64,000 nucleotides of DNA, from positions 105,659 through 169,658 of the IMG/VR virus record IMGVR_UViG_3300043411_001575. One strand, 5' to 3'. This document shows, in pieces, positions 26,395-36,262 of this stretch. The notes under the pieces were generated by a model. That model was not told the DNA's origin and made no database searches. It worked only from the letters and a program-made list of their open reading frames with translations. Position numbers and translations under genes: made by a program. The stretch's first letter is position 1, and the number at the start of each line of letters is the position of its first letter. The DNA is from a virus.

Positions 26395-27090
26395 ATGACA
26401 AACGAAAACAATAAGTTATCAGTAAGAAAAACTCAAAGTTTAAAACCTGAAATAAAGCAATTAACAACTGAAGAGTTAAAAGAAGAGTCGAAAATTTATT
26501 TTAATTCAGGGTTAGCTCCTTCCCATTTGAAAAATTGGGAAGCTGTTTTTGTCGCTAAAAGTTGGGCGCAAGGATTAGGAATGCATACTACATTAGGTCT
26601 TAGGGATATTTTTGTTATTGATAACATTCCATCATTAAGAACAGAAGCGGCAATGGCTCTTGTTGAAATAAGTGGCTTTTGTGAAAACTTTGAACAAGAA
26701 TTCATAGGCAAACCATATGATGATAATTTTACTGCTGTGTGTAAAGTTAAAAGAAAAGGTAGAAAAGAACATATTTCTACATTTTCAGTTAAGGATGCAA
26801 AAATAGCTCTGCTTTGGGGAAAGAAAACTAACACAGGTAAACCAACAGCATGGGTTACATATCCTCAGAGAATGTTGATGTATCGAGCCGTTGGATTTGC
26901 CATAAGGGACATATTTAGTGATGTTTTACGTGGAAGCCGCTTATACGAAGAAATTGTCGATTATCCACAATATGAAATAATTGATGATAAATCTAATTCA
27001 ACTGAAGTTAATGTTGTAGTTGGAAATAAAAAAACATTTAACGGAGGTAACAAACCAATTAACCTACTTAATGATGAACCGCCTGAATAA
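26395..27090 (+). CDS. RecT/Bet-like single-strand annealing protein
   Basis: FSVKDAKIALLWGK...WVTYPQRMLMYRAVGFAIRDIFSDVLRG. Confidence 0.75.
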   Translation: MTNENNKLSVRKTQSLKPEIKQLTTEELKEESKIYFNSGLAPSHLKNWEAVFVAKSWAQGLGMHTTLGLRDIFVIDNIPSLRTEAAMALVEISGFCENFEQEFIGKPYDDNFTAVCKVKRKGRKEHISTFSVKDAKIALLWGKKTNTGKPTAWVTYPQRMLMYRAVGFAIRDIFSDVLRGSRLYEEIVDYPQYEIIDDKSNSTEVNVVVGNKKTFNGGNKPINLLNDEPPE

Positions 27091-27361
27091 ACCAAAAATT
27101 TTAAATACAAAGGCTGAACTAGCTAAGTTAATTAAAGAAAAAGTTAATCCATTATTATTTAATAAATCACCAATGCATAATTACTATTGGTCAGGTAGTT
27201 ATGAAATAAATGGAATTAAATATCATATTTTCTTTCAATTATATTGCAACTCAATTAAAAGAGGAACAGTTCATTATGTTGATATACGATTTTTACAAAA
27301 TCATAAATCATTAACTGTTACTGAAATTAAAAAATTATTAGAAGAAGTAAAAAAATTGTGA
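27071..27361 (+). CDS. Hypothetical protein
   Basis: ORF between the annealase and RusA genes. Confidence 0.6.
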   Translation: MMNRLNKPKILNTKAELAKLIKEKVNPLLFNKSPMHNYYWSGSYEINGIKYHIFFQLYCNSIKRGTVHYVDIRFLQNHKSLTVTEIKKLLEEVKKL

Positions 27362-27939
27362 TGAGACTTAAGAAAAAAGATTTATCAAAAATAGGATTAA
27401 AAATTGAAGGTGGAGTCGTTATAAAAAAGACTATCAAAATAGACAAGGTTATTCGTGTAAAAGAGTCTCTAGGTAGCTTTAAATTCAACAATGGAACTCC
27501 TACCTCAGTTGATAGTTCAAAATACGTTTTAGATAAATCTAGGAGGTTTTATGCATTTGATGTTGTTCCTATGGGTAAACCAAGAATGACTCAATCAGAT
27601 AAATGGAAAACAGACCCAAATCATCCTGACCCACTTAAAAGAAAAAGAGAAGTTGTTCATCGTTATCATCAATTACAAAATAGAGTTAGAGAGCAAGCGG
27701 AAAAAATGAAATTCGTTTTAGGAAAAACTTTTGAAGCAGTTTTTTTTGTTCCCCTACCAAATTCATGGAGTGATAAAAAGAAAAGTGAATTAGTTGGAAT
27801 GCCATGTGAAGAGAAGCCCGATATTGACAATTACACGAAATTTTTTTTGGATACGATGGCAAAAGAAGATAAATCAGTTTGGAATATAAAAGCCGAAAAA
27901 AGATGGGCTTATTACGGAAGTATAATAATTTTTCAATAA
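27358..27939 (+). CDS. rusA: RusA-like Holliday junction resolvase
   Basis: PMGKPRM, PNSWSDKKK, KPDIDNYTKFFLD, EDKSV. Confidence 0.8.
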   Translation: MMRLKKKDLSKIGLKIEGGVVIKKTIKIDKVIRVKESLGSFKFNNGTPTSVDSSKYVLDKSRRFYAFDVVPMGKPRMTQSDKWKTDPNHPDPLKRKREVVHRYHQLQNRVREQAEKMKFVLGKTFEAVFFVPLPNSWSDKKKSELVGMPCEEKPDIDNYTKFFLDTMAKEDKSVWNIKAEKRWAYYGSIIIFQ

Positions 27940-27946
27940 TAAAAAT

Positions 27947-28687
27947 ATGAAGCGACTTGTCGAGACAGACAGATGGAAAGACTCTTTTTTCGTTGAACTA
28001 CATCCCAATGCAAAGCTATTGCTTTCATATATGTATGATAATTGTAATGAGGCAGGATTCATAGATTTAAATTGGGTTATATGGTCTAGTCAATTAAACA
28101 TGCAACAAGAATTCATTAAAACTAGCTTAATAGCACTATCAAGTTTATTAGTTAGCGATAAGAAAAAGAAATTATTTATTAAGGATTTCCTGAAGCATCA
28201 AAGAAAATTACCTCTTATTAAAGGAAATGAAGAGTCAGATTTAATTATAGAAAAACTTCAATCTAATCTAAAAAAATTCAATGATGCGCCTGAGATACTT
28301 GAATTACTTAATTCAGTTAAGGTTAAAGTTGAATTTGAAGAAGAAAAAGTAAAGAGTGTAAAAAAAAATAGAACTCAAAGCGTAAAATTCACTCCTCCTT
28401 CTTATGAAGATTTTGAAGCTTATTACTTATCAGAAAGTCCTGATACAGGAACAGAGAATATTAAAGAACTTTTCGACCACTACGTAGGTGTTGGATGGGT
28501 AACAAAAGGAGGAACACCTGTAAAGGATTATCAAGCAACTATTAGAAACGCAATAAGAAGAGCTGAGAAAAATGAGATAAGTAAAGCAAAACAAGAATAT
28601 GTTTCTAAATCATTCGGAAAAGAAAAAAAACAATCTAGGACTGATATAACTTTTTCTTTGGCTGATTCTATGAAAAAAGAAAATTAA
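27947..28687 (+). CDS. Phage replication initiator-like protein
   Basis: N-terminal wHTH-like W.DSFF.EL...KLL..YM.DNCN.AG; C-terminal FTPPS...FDHY...GW...KDYQAT. Confidence 0.65.
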   Translation: MKRLVETDRWKDSFFVELHPNAKLLLSYMYDNCNEAGFIDLNWVIWSSQLNMQQEFIKTSLIALSSLLVSDKKKKLFIKDFLKHQRKLPLIKGNEESDLIIEKLQSNLKKFNDAPEILELLNSVKVKVEFEEEKVKSVKKNRTQSVKFTPPSYEDFEAYYLSESPDTGTENIKELFDHYVGVGWVTKGGTPVKDYQATIRNAIRRAEKNEISKAKQEYVSKSFGKEKKQSRTDITFSLADSMKKEN

Positions 28688-28695
28688 TAATAATT

Positions 28696-29571
28696 ATGGA
28701 ACAAGAAAAAAATAACAATTTAATTGTGAGTGAAAAGTTAATGAATCATCCTACACTAACAATTAGTGATATTCAAAAATCAACTATTCCCGAACTAACT
28801 AAGCAAGTGATAATTGCATCTCAAAATTTCCCTAAAATAAGAACATTAGATGAAAAAGTAGTAAAGCATAGTCTTATTGATTTAATACTTGCTATAATTT
28901 GGGAATCAGGTCACAATTTAGATGAAAAAGAGCAGACTGTTTTAGTTACCTATATGATTGAGGAGATTAAAAATGATTTCTCTAACCTAACATTAGAAGA
29001 GGTTAAAATAGCGTTAAAAAAAGGATTAAGAGGTTATTATGGTCAAGTATTTGGGATGAATGTCAAAATGATGTATTCATGGCTAGAAGGATACGTTTCA
29101 GAAACAAAAGCCGAATCATTAAAATACCTTACTATAATTGAGAAAAAAGAACCTGAAGAAAAATCAGATGACCATAAAAGGTATTTACATTTCGAATGGC
29201 TGAAATTATGTATTAATGCTTATGAAGAATACAAAGAAACAGGTAAAACAAGTTTTGTTGATGCTAAAAATAATCTCTATGATTACATCAGGTACAAGCT
29301 AAAATTAGCTGACCTAACAAAAGAAGAAGTTGATAATATTTGGCAATATGCAGTACTTGAATATAAATCAAATCACTCAATTGAAAAATCTAAAAACAAA
29401 TATGAATTAGTAGATTTTAGGATAGCAATAAAAAAATTTCAAGATGGCGATTCTACTGAACAAGAAAAAGTAAAATTTATAGCAAGGAAAATCGCCCTCA
29501 ATAAACTTTTTGAAAAGATTAAAGGGGCGAATATTGATTTTAGAGCGAAAATAATTGAATTCGAAAAATAA
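28696..29571 (+). CDS. Replication-associated protein (helicase loader/inhibitor-like)
   Basis: LTLEEVKIALKKGLRGYYG motif; position after the initiator gene. Confidence 0.45.
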   Translation: MEQEKNNNLIVSEKLMNHPTLTISDIQKSTIPELTKQVIIASQNFPKIRTLDEKVVKHSLIDLILAIIWESGHNLDEKEQTVLVTYMIEEIKNDFSNLTLEEVKIALKKGLRGYYGQVFGMNVKMMYSWLEGYVSETKAESLKYLTIIEKKEPEEKSDDHKRYLHFEWLKLCINAYEEYKETGKTSFVDAKNNLYDYIRYKLKLADLTKEEVDNIWQYAVLEYKSNHSIEKSKNKYELVDFRIAIKKFQDGDSTEQEKVKFIARKIALNKLFEKIKGANIDFRAKIIEFEK

Positions 29572-29847
29572 TTATTCTTTTACAATACTTGGAGATTTAA
29601 CATTTCTCCATTTAGTACATTTACCCTTAGTATCTTCTGCCTCACATACTTTTGTATATCCTGCAACATTTGATTTTTCTTCTGATTTAGAACTAATCAA
29701 ATACCCAACTACTGCACCTACTGCGAGACCTATTCCTGCAAACATTAACATTCCTTTAGTAGGCTTTTTCATTAAGAATGCTACACCTGCTAATCCTGCT
29801 GCACCGATGCCCGCACCGATTGCCATTGGTTTTATTTTTTCTTTCAT
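29572..29847 (-). CDS. Small glycine-zipper membrane protein
   Basis: Two Gly/Ala-rich hydrophobic helices; paralog of 46727-47026. Confidence 0.75.
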   Translation of the reverse strand: MKEKIKPMAIGAGIGAAGLAGVAFLMKKPTKGMLMFAGIGLAVGAVVGYLISSKSEEKSNVAGYTKVCEAEDTKGKCTKWRNVKSPSIVKE

Positions 29848-29872
29848 TTTTTTGGTTTTTGTTATTTTTTAT

Positions 29873-30580
29873 TTAATGATTCAATTTTTTATCTACATAC
29901 TTACTAGTTGAAGCACCTATTACAGCTCCCGCTAATAAATTAACCCAAGTACGCTCATACCATTTCTTTTTAGGCTCATATACGAACCCACTAATATTAG
30001 ATGTCTTGATATATGGATTACTATTATTAACCTCTACAACTAAACTAGATTTCATTTTAAGAAAACCTGTTCTTTTATCTCCAATAATTATTTTAGCTTC
30101 ATTAGGTATTTTTAAACTATCAATCGTTAAACCTGTATTAGCAATAGTAGTATAGAATAAAAAATCTTTTGTTTCCTTCTTGGCTTGAAATGGCTTGAAA
30201 TCACAAGGTATAACTTTATCAAAAGGAACAGGTACTTCTCTAACTATTGTTGTTTCTCTTACTATTACACCACCTTTAACTTCTTTAAATTTAGAAATCC
30301 ATTCTCTCATTGTATCATCTGATGCAAGAAGAGATTTCATTTGGTCTTGTGTTTCTAAAGCTAAAGCTCTATTAGTATTAATTTCTAAACCAAGTTTTGT
30401 TTTATATACAGATGATTCAGTTTTATAATTAGCAATATCACTAACTAATTTATCTGTTTTATTTTGATTAGAACATTCACGAAATAAAAAAATAGCTACA
30501 ATAATAATTATTGCAATTATATAATTCCTGTGAGTTTTTGATTCAGGATTAAATTGAGGTATATTAAATCTACTTACCAT
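29873..30580 (-). CDS. Membrane-anchored lysis accessory (spanin-like) protein
   Basis: N-terminal TM, coiled region, C-terminal KKKWYE plus hydrophobic segment; next to the amidase. Confidence 0.5.
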   Translation of the reverse strand: MVSRFNIPQFNPESKTHRNYIIAIIIIVAIFLFRECSNQNKTDKLVSDIANYKTESSVYKTKLGLEINTNRALALETQDQMKSLLASDDTMREWISKFKEVKGGVIVRETTIVREVPVPFDKVIPCDFKPFQAKKETKDFLFYTTIANTGLTIDSLKIPNEAKIIIGDKRTGFLKMKSSLVVEVNNSNPYIKTSNISGFVYEPKKKWYERTWVNLLAGAVIGASTSKYVDKKLNH

Positions 30581-30584
30581 TTTT

Positions 30585-31046
30585 CTATCCTAAGTCTTCT
30601 ATTTTATTTTTTTCTTCATTTGACTTATCATCTACCTTAGCATCTTTCTTTTCATCTACAGGTGCTTCATTTGATTTATCAGGAGTAGTATTGTTTTCTG
30701 TTTTAGGAGCAGCTTCATTAGCTCCAAAGTATTTGGATGCCATTCTAATTCCATATAATCCACAAACAAAAGTAAGTATAGATATAAAATAATATTCAGG
30801 AAGCAAATGTGATGGAGCATATATTACAGCAACAATGGTTGCAAATGCTAATATCTTAGCAAAGATAAACGCAGTTAGAGATTTACCACTAGCCTTACCA
30901 TTTTCAGAAAATGATGCAAGAAACCAAACTTTCAATTCCTTATCTTTAAATACATATCTACTAACAATCCAAACAGAAATAAGGTATACTAATAATATTA
31001 TTAGTACATAAATTTGTTTTGAATATTGTTGTAGTATCTGTTGCAT
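30585..31046 (-). CDS. Holin-like membrane protein
   Basis: Three TM segments and a charged C-terminus; adjacent to the endolysin. Confidence 0.55.
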   Translation of the reverse strand: MQQILQQYSKQIYVLIILLVYLISVWIVSRYVFKDKELKVWFLASFSENGKASGKSLTAFIFAKILAFATIVAVIYAPSHLLPEYYFISILTFVCGLYGIRMASKYFGANEAAPKTENNTTPDKSNEAPVDEKKDAKVDDKSNEEKNKIEDLG

Positions 31047-31047
31047 T

Positions 31048-31749
31048 TTAAATTCCTTGTTCTATTTCTTGAAGCATTTTAATAACCTTTGGAAGTGGTG
31101 CTAAATCGAACTTATCACTTCTGTAACTCACATGACTGAATATACCATTTTCTCCATCCAATGCTCTTGTACAAATATCCCACATATCAGCATTATATTT
31201 TTTTGATATTTTATACTTATCGCATAAATAAATTACAAGTTCTTTTAATGATGCTATTTGAGAGTCAGTCAAGTCTTGGTAGTATAAATATCCACGATGC
31301 GGTTTATCTAAAGTGACAACTTCATTAGCAGGAACTATTCCATTTACATAATTTTTGAAGTTACCATCTTTATCTTTAATTAAACATCCCCAATTGCATA
31401 TCTCTACTGCTACAGACTCTTTAGCTCTTTGAGTTTCTAAAGTAAAATTATGGTACTTTGAAGGCACTTTGTTTGTATTTTTGCTAAACGCAATATGGTA
31501 AGCCCAATATTTAGAACCAAAAGCTTGGAAAATTTCACCGTCTTTTTCTGTTTTACTACCACGAGAAATGACAAAAGCAGTACCAACTCTTTCAGGATTA
31601 AACTGCCATCCATGAATAGTATTAGCCGCACTTGGCGCACCTGCCGTGAAATGCAATAAGATTTGTTTTTTTACAGCAGAACAATCTTCTTTGAAGTATT
31701 GATTCGGAGTAAGTTCTTCCTGATTAATTTTCGTTACATCTAAAGGCAT
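31048..31749 (-). CDS. N-acetylmuramoyl-L-alanine amidase (endolysin)
   Basis: ILLHFTAG, WAYH, AVEICNWG, SHVSYRSDKFD zinc amidase_2 motifs. Confidence 0.85.
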   Translation of the reverse strand: MPLDVTKINQEELTPNQYFKEDCSAVKKQILLHFTAGAPSAANTIHGWQFNPERVGTAFVISRGSKTEKDGEIFQAFGSKYWAYHIAFSKNTNKVPSKYHNFTLETQRAKESVAVEICNWGCLIKDKDGNFKNYVNGIVPANEVVTLDKPHRGYLYYQDLTDSQIASLKELVIYLCDKYKISKKYNADMWDICTRALDGENGIFSHVSYRSDKFDLAPLPKVIKMLQEIEQGI

Positions 31750-31769
31750 GGCTGTTATTTTTTTTAATA

Positions 31770-32024
31770 TTATTTGCTGTAAAAAAGTTCAACTAAAAAT
31801 TTAGCTAACCAAAGTATTCCACCGCCAAGAAATCCATATATTCCTATCTGAGCCTTCTTTACAGCTTGATTTTTTTCATATTCAACTTTGAATTCAGTAA
31901 GTTCTCGTTTTAAATCATTAACTTTAGCTATAAGACCCTTCTCTCCCGTACCCTCATCATTGTGAAGATAGTTTATCACCTTGTCAATTTTCCTAGTTAA
32001 AATTGCAACTTCTTCGTCAGACAT
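31770..32024 (-). CDS. Small coiled-coil protein with C-terminal TM
   Basis: GEKGLIAKVNDL plus hydrophobic C-terminus. Confidence 0.7.
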   Translation of the reverse strand: MSDEEVAILTRKIDKVINYLHNDEGTGEKGLIAKVNDLKRELTEFKVEYEKNQAVKKAQIGIYGFLGGGILWLAKFLVELFYSK

Positions 32025-32111
32025 AATTATTGTATATTTTTTGTAAAAATAATGAATAATATTATTTCTTAAAGAATAATATTTGTAACAAAAAAATCAT
32101 AAAATGTTGCG

Positions 32112-32678
32112 TTAGTACTTTCCTTCAAAAAGTAGCTCTGTAGTGAACTCATTCCTGAATCTAATGTAGTCCTGTGGGAAGGCAATAGAAAGTAAAGTAA
32201 ATTGAAGAGTACCCATGTTTAAAGCTTCAAAGCTTTTTCTTACAGATTGACTGCAAATATTATATTTGCCTCTTAATTTAATTTTTAATTTAAAACCGAA
32301 AGCTCGGTTCAGTAATTCCTTTATTCCATTTCTGAAATCATATTTTGTTCTAGCCTCATCACTCTCATTTATGAAATCAACAACGTTAGATTGAATAATA
32401 TCTTCGTCTACACTGCTTCTTATAACAATGAAGTCTGAGTTCTTGTAATAACTCTCAATTCTTGTTGATAGCCATTCAGGTTTATTACCTCTTGCATTAC
32501 TATCTACAATTAAAAATCTATTTTTTAATTTTACAACTCTTCCAATATGGGAGGCAAATGAATCACTATCTGCCTCCCTTATTACTGAAGCTACTACTCC
32601 TGTTCCACTAAAAAGAATAAAATCGCCATCTTTTATTTGACCACGAACTCTTTTGTATTTTTCAGAAATAGTTTCCAT
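32112..32678 (-). CDS. Permuted papain-like (NlpC/P60, YiiX/YebB-like) protein
   Basis: GDFILFSG, SHIG (His), YD, ICSQ (Cys), PQD in permuted order. Confidence 0.75.
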   Translation of the reverse strand: METISEKYKRVRGQIKDGDFILFSGTGVVASVIREADSDSFASHIGRVVKLKNRFLIVDSNARGNKPEWLSTRIESYYKNSDFIVIRSSVDEDIIQSNVVDFINESDEARTKYDFRNGIKELLNRAFGFKLKIKLRGKYNICSQSVRKSFEALNMGTLQFTLLSIAFPQDYIRFRNEFTTELLFEGKY

Positions 32679-32685
32679 TTAAATT

Positions 32686-33108
32686 TTAATCTTTCGTTTC
32701 ATCATGCTCAATAAGTTCATACAACTTTGCCATAGTTGTTCCTTTCAATCCTTTTATTTTTTTAAGTTCAGATTCTTTTATCGTAAAAATTTTAGTGTCA
32801 ACAGTAGCATCTTGAATTTTTTCAATCTCAGAAATATAATTATCTTTATCTTCTTTTGATTTGAAAACATAAGAATTATTTTCTACCTTGTAATTACCAT
32901 CTTCACCCAAGCTGATATGTTTTTTCTTGAAAGATTCAATAGTTTTATTAATGGCTTTTTCTACCATACCTAAATTATTTATTGTCTTTGCTATTTGATA
33001 GTTAGTTTTAAAATCTTCAATATCAAGATTACCTAATTCTGTCAATCCAATAATAATACGTGTAACTTCACTGTTTAAAATAACACCTGTTTTTTTTTCT
33101 TTTTCCAT
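32686..33108 (-). CDS. Hypothetical protein
   Basis: 140 aa ORF with an upstream -7 element. Confidence 0.75.
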   Translation of the reverse strand: MEKEKKTGVILNSEVTRIIIGLTELGNLDIEDFKTNYQIAKTINNLGMVEKAINKTIESFKKKHISLGEDGNYKVENNSYVFKSKEDKDNYISEIEKIQDATVDTKIFTIKESELKKIKGLKGTTMAKLYELIEHDETKD

Positions 33109-33126
33109 TTTTATTTATTTTTAATA

Positions 33127-33134
33127 CAAATATA
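33127..33134 (-). promoter_or_regulatory. Bacteroidota -7 promoter element
   Basis: CAAATATA reads TATATTTG on the minus strand. Confidence 0.55.
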
Positions 33135-33145
33135 AATAATATTTT

Positions 33146-34639
33146 TTAAAATTTAGTTATTGGGTCATTAACAAACCCGTCATCTATACCATAACAAGGT
33201 GGATAAGAAACACCAAGACCCTTACTTATTCCATTAGGAATATTATTAATATATCTTATACCTAAATTAGAGCCTGCATTACTCAAATCAGTAATTATTA
33301 ACAGTTGATTTCTATTTGTTATGGTACAATTACTTATTTTTATGAATTTAGATATTTTTTCAAAATTATCAGTAAAAGAAATAATATAATTAGATGTAGA
33401 TGTAGATGTTATTCTAGTTTTTATTTCAGCAGACCCACTAAAAAATTCATTCATTGTTAAAGCTCCACCTCCTGATACAAAAACTCTCTTAAATACAATT
33501 CTATTTATATTTATAAGAGTAGCTGTATTAACAGTAAAATCTACATTTTTACCACTTACAGCTGCAAGCCTTTTTACTTCCATTGTGGCATTACTGAAAA
33601 TAGTATTACTTGTTAATGTTGTATTACAGCCATTTTCAAAAATAACATTACATCTTAGTTGTCCACCACCTGACCAAGTTCCTCTATCATAAAAAACAAT
33701 AGTACCTGTACTTATATTTAATATGTTAGGTGCAACCAAATTTTTAGTATAAAAATAACCTGTTCCAGCATTTATTGCACCATTTGTTGAAAGTTGTATA
33801 GTATCTCTAACAATAACGTCACCATTTGGAATAAGAGTTACACTCCCAGCAACTGCTCTAATACCATGTATTACAAGTCCATTTAATTCAAAAGTTGTTG
33901 TTCCAGTTCCTAAACGGAAAAAACTCCAGTCCATATTAACAAAACCACTTAAATATTTAAATGTTCTACCTGAATAATTGTAGAATTTTTCAGTAGTAAC
34001 AAAAGTTCCATGTAGTAAAGTACAAGTTCCTGTTCCACAATCAATTGTAGTATCTAAACAAATACCTGCATTTTGTCCTGAACTTGCACCAATTGAGGTA
34101 TTATCTCCTGTTATAATTACACCTGAAGTTCCTGTTGTTAATACATTAGTTCCATTATTTATAAATGTTGAATTATCTTCAATGTAAAAATTATTACCAT
34201 TAATAACAGAAAGAGAACTTCTAACAATTCCGTTATTAATATAAAAATCATCTCCTAGTGTACAGGTTGTGCTTGAACCAAATGCAATTGGAAAATTAAT
34301 AACAAGTGCATTACTTGTTATTGTCATATTAGCATTAAAAACAAAAGTATTTGATGTAGTACTAACAACACTCATTGTATTTGAAAAAATACAACTAGTT
34401 CCATTAATCTGTAAATTGAGAGTGGTGAATGTAAAAGTATTTGAATAACCTGTACAATCTAAATTTGCACAAACTTTGTTTGAAGTATCAATTGTACAAT
34501 TACCACTATTAGTTGTAAAGAAAGCATTATCAGCAGTTGTTGGAACAGCACCATCAGCACCTCCACCATCTGTTAAACTCCAATTACTTGCAGTTCCCCA
34601 ATTAACATTTCCTGTATTTCTAAAGTAATAATCAGCCAT
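33146..34639 (-). CDS. Beta-helix-like virion spike/fibre protein
   Basis: N-terminal NWGTASNWS...VPTTADNAFF motif; T/N/S/G-rich beta repeats. Confidence 0.6.
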   Translation of the reverse strand: MADYYFRNTGNVNWGTASNWSLTDGGGADGAVPTTADNAFFTTNSGNCTIDTSNKVCANLDCTGYSNTFTFTTLNLQINGTSCIFSNTMSVVSTTSNTFVFNANMTITSNALVINFPIAFGSSTTCTLGDDFYINNGIVRSSLSVINGNNFYIEDNSTFINNGTNVLTTGTSGVIITGDNTSIGASSGQNAGICLDTTIDCGTGTCTLLHGTFVTTEKFYNYSGRTFKYLSGFVNMDWSFFRLGTGTTTFELNGLVIHGIRAVAGSVTLIPNGDVIVRDTIQLSTNGAINAGTGYFYTKNLVAPNILNISTGTIVFYDRGTWSGGGQLRCNVIFENGCNTTLTSNTIFSNATMEVKRLAAVSGKNVDFTVNTATLININRIVFKRVFVSGGGALTMNEFFSGSAEIKTRITSTSTSNYIISFTDNFEKISKFIKISNCTITNRNQLLIITDLSNAGSNLGIRYINNIPNGISKGLGVSYPPCYGIDDGFVNDPITKF

Positions 34640-35061
34640 TAATAATCATTCGCAAAAGCAATTCCATGATTTAAGTCTTGCGCCCCAGCGTAAACAGATT
34701 GACATATCCCGATTAATTGTCCTGACCTCATAATGATAGGTTGAGCAAAAGTAATAGTAACAGAAGAGCCAAGAACCGTGTTGCTCCTTGTTGCTGATGC
34801 CATTACACCTTGCCCAATTAACCTAAAGTTAGCCCCCGCAACATCAGACAAGAAAATATTTATCCTCATGGCAGAAGAGGCGGCAGGGGATGCTTGTGCA
34901 TTGGTTATAGTTACTCCGTCAACTCTAGTTCCATCTGCGTTTGCCGTTACTAAAGTTACAATAGTTCCTGAGCCATCAGACGCTGTGTTTGCTGTTGTTC
35001 CAAGTGAAACAGGAAGCATGTTTCCTGAATCACAAAATATAGGTATAGTATTAGCTGCCAT
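34639..35061 (-). CDS. Putative virion structural protein
   Basis: MAANTIPIF...TANTASDGSG...DY; small beta-rich protein. Confidence 0.6.
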   Translation of the reverse strand: MAANTIPIFCDSGNMLPVSLGTTANTASDGSGTIVTLVTANADGTRVDGVTITNAQASPAASSAMRINIFLSDVAGANFRLIGQGVMASATRSNTVLGSSVTITFAQPIIMRSGQLIGICQSVYAGAQDLNHGIAFANDY

Positions 35062-35330
35062 TAGTTTTCAGAATTAGATAATTTTTCTATATAATCATTT
35101 AACATCGTAATTTCTTCCTCTATTTTAGGTACTAAAGAATCAATAAAATCAGAAACTACTTTTTCATAAATAGGATTTTCGACCAATGTATTGAAAGTTA
35201 CTGACTCTGTATTAGTTCTTATACTAATCCCTTTTACTTGTTTACCTTTTTGTAAAAGATAAGATTCCTTTGTCATTTTTAACTGAGAAATTTTATCAGT
35301 TAAAACTTCTATTTGTTCTTGTTTTGTCAT
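35061..35330 (-). CDS. Hypothetical protein
   Basis: 89 aa ORF coupled to its neighbour. Confidence 0.7.
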   Translation of the reverse strand: MTKQEQIEVLTDKISQLKMTKESYLLQKGKQVKGISIRTNTESVTFNTLVENPIYEKVVSDFIDSLVPKIEEEITMLNDYIEKLSNSEN

Positions 35331-35332
35331 GG

Positions 35333-35959
35333 TTATATGAATTGATAATAATTAAATAATCTATTTGAAACGGCTGTATTGTTTGATATTGCTTGTGAAA
35401 CAAAAGCTGTTGTTGCTAACTTTGTTGAGTTATCATTTACTGCCTGAGTAGGAGCGGTTGGTGTACCTATAAAAGCAGGTGAATTTAACACCGCATAATT
35501 TGATATTATATAGTTTATTTGCCCTTGTGCCTTTTCCGACACTTCTTGAAAATCATCCCCAACTACAATAGCTGTATTTGATGGGGCAAAAGGAGTTTTT
35601 ATAACCGTACCACTAAATTCAATCCAAGTTAATCCATTATAATAATTAAAAGATAATGTTGTTGTATTATAAATTAAAAGAGCATTTACGGGAGTAATAA
35701 TAGCATCCCTTTGAATAGTTGTCATTCGTGGACTTAAAAAACCTTGTGTAGTAGAGGTTAAGTCTAGTAAAGCAGAAGCATCAGGAGTAATAGTTCCTAA
35801 ACCTGCTGAAATACCATTATCGAAAAACATACTGTTTCCAATATTTAATCCATCAGGAGTGAATTTACACAAATAATTTAGTGTACCACCACCTCCGATA
35901 GTACCTCCGCCACCACCTCCGCCTGCGCCACTAAATCCAAATGGAGAATTTCCGAACAT
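35333..35959 (-). CDS. Short fibre/spike protein
   Basis: ASALLDLTSTTQGFLSPRMTT and SPAFIGTPTAPT...NSTKLATTAFV fibre motifs. Confidence 0.7.
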   Translation of the reverse strand: MFGNSPFGFSGAGGGGGGGTIGGGGTLNYLCKFTPDGLNIGNSMFFDNGISAGLGTITPDASALLDLTSTTQGFLSPRMTTIQRDAIITPVNALLIYNTTTLSFNYYNGLTWIEFSGTVIKTPFAPSNTAIVVGDDFQEVSEKAQGQINYIISNYAVLNSPAFIGTPTAPTQAVNDNSTKLATTAFVSQAISNNTAVSNRLFNYYQFI

Positions 35960-36001
35960 TGATTATTATTTTAAATTACTACTAAAAATATATTCCTAAA
36001 A

Positions 36002-36247
36002 TTAAGCAACAGGTGGATAAGTCGCTAAAATATAAGCATCAACTTGTGTTTGTGTAACAGCCATAATGTTTGCTACATCCGCAACAGGACAAACTAAATT
36101 AAATATTGTTTGAGGTGTAACTAAATCCAAATATGTATTCCCCTCCACATAAAGTTCTGTATTTGCTTGATAAGTTACTGCTGTATTATCTTCGTTAAAT
36201 CTTAATGAAGATTCTAATACTACTGTGTTTCTTGATTTTATTGTCAT
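36002..36247 (-). CDS. Hypothetical protein (possible fibre chaperone)
   Basis: 81 aa ORF between the fibre genes. Confidence 0.65.
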   Translation of the reverse strand: MTIKSRNTVVLESSLRFNEDNTAVTYQANTELYVEGNTYLDLVTPQTIFNLVCPVADVANIMAVTQTQVDAYILATYPPVA

Positions 36248-36262
36248 GACTTTTTTATTATA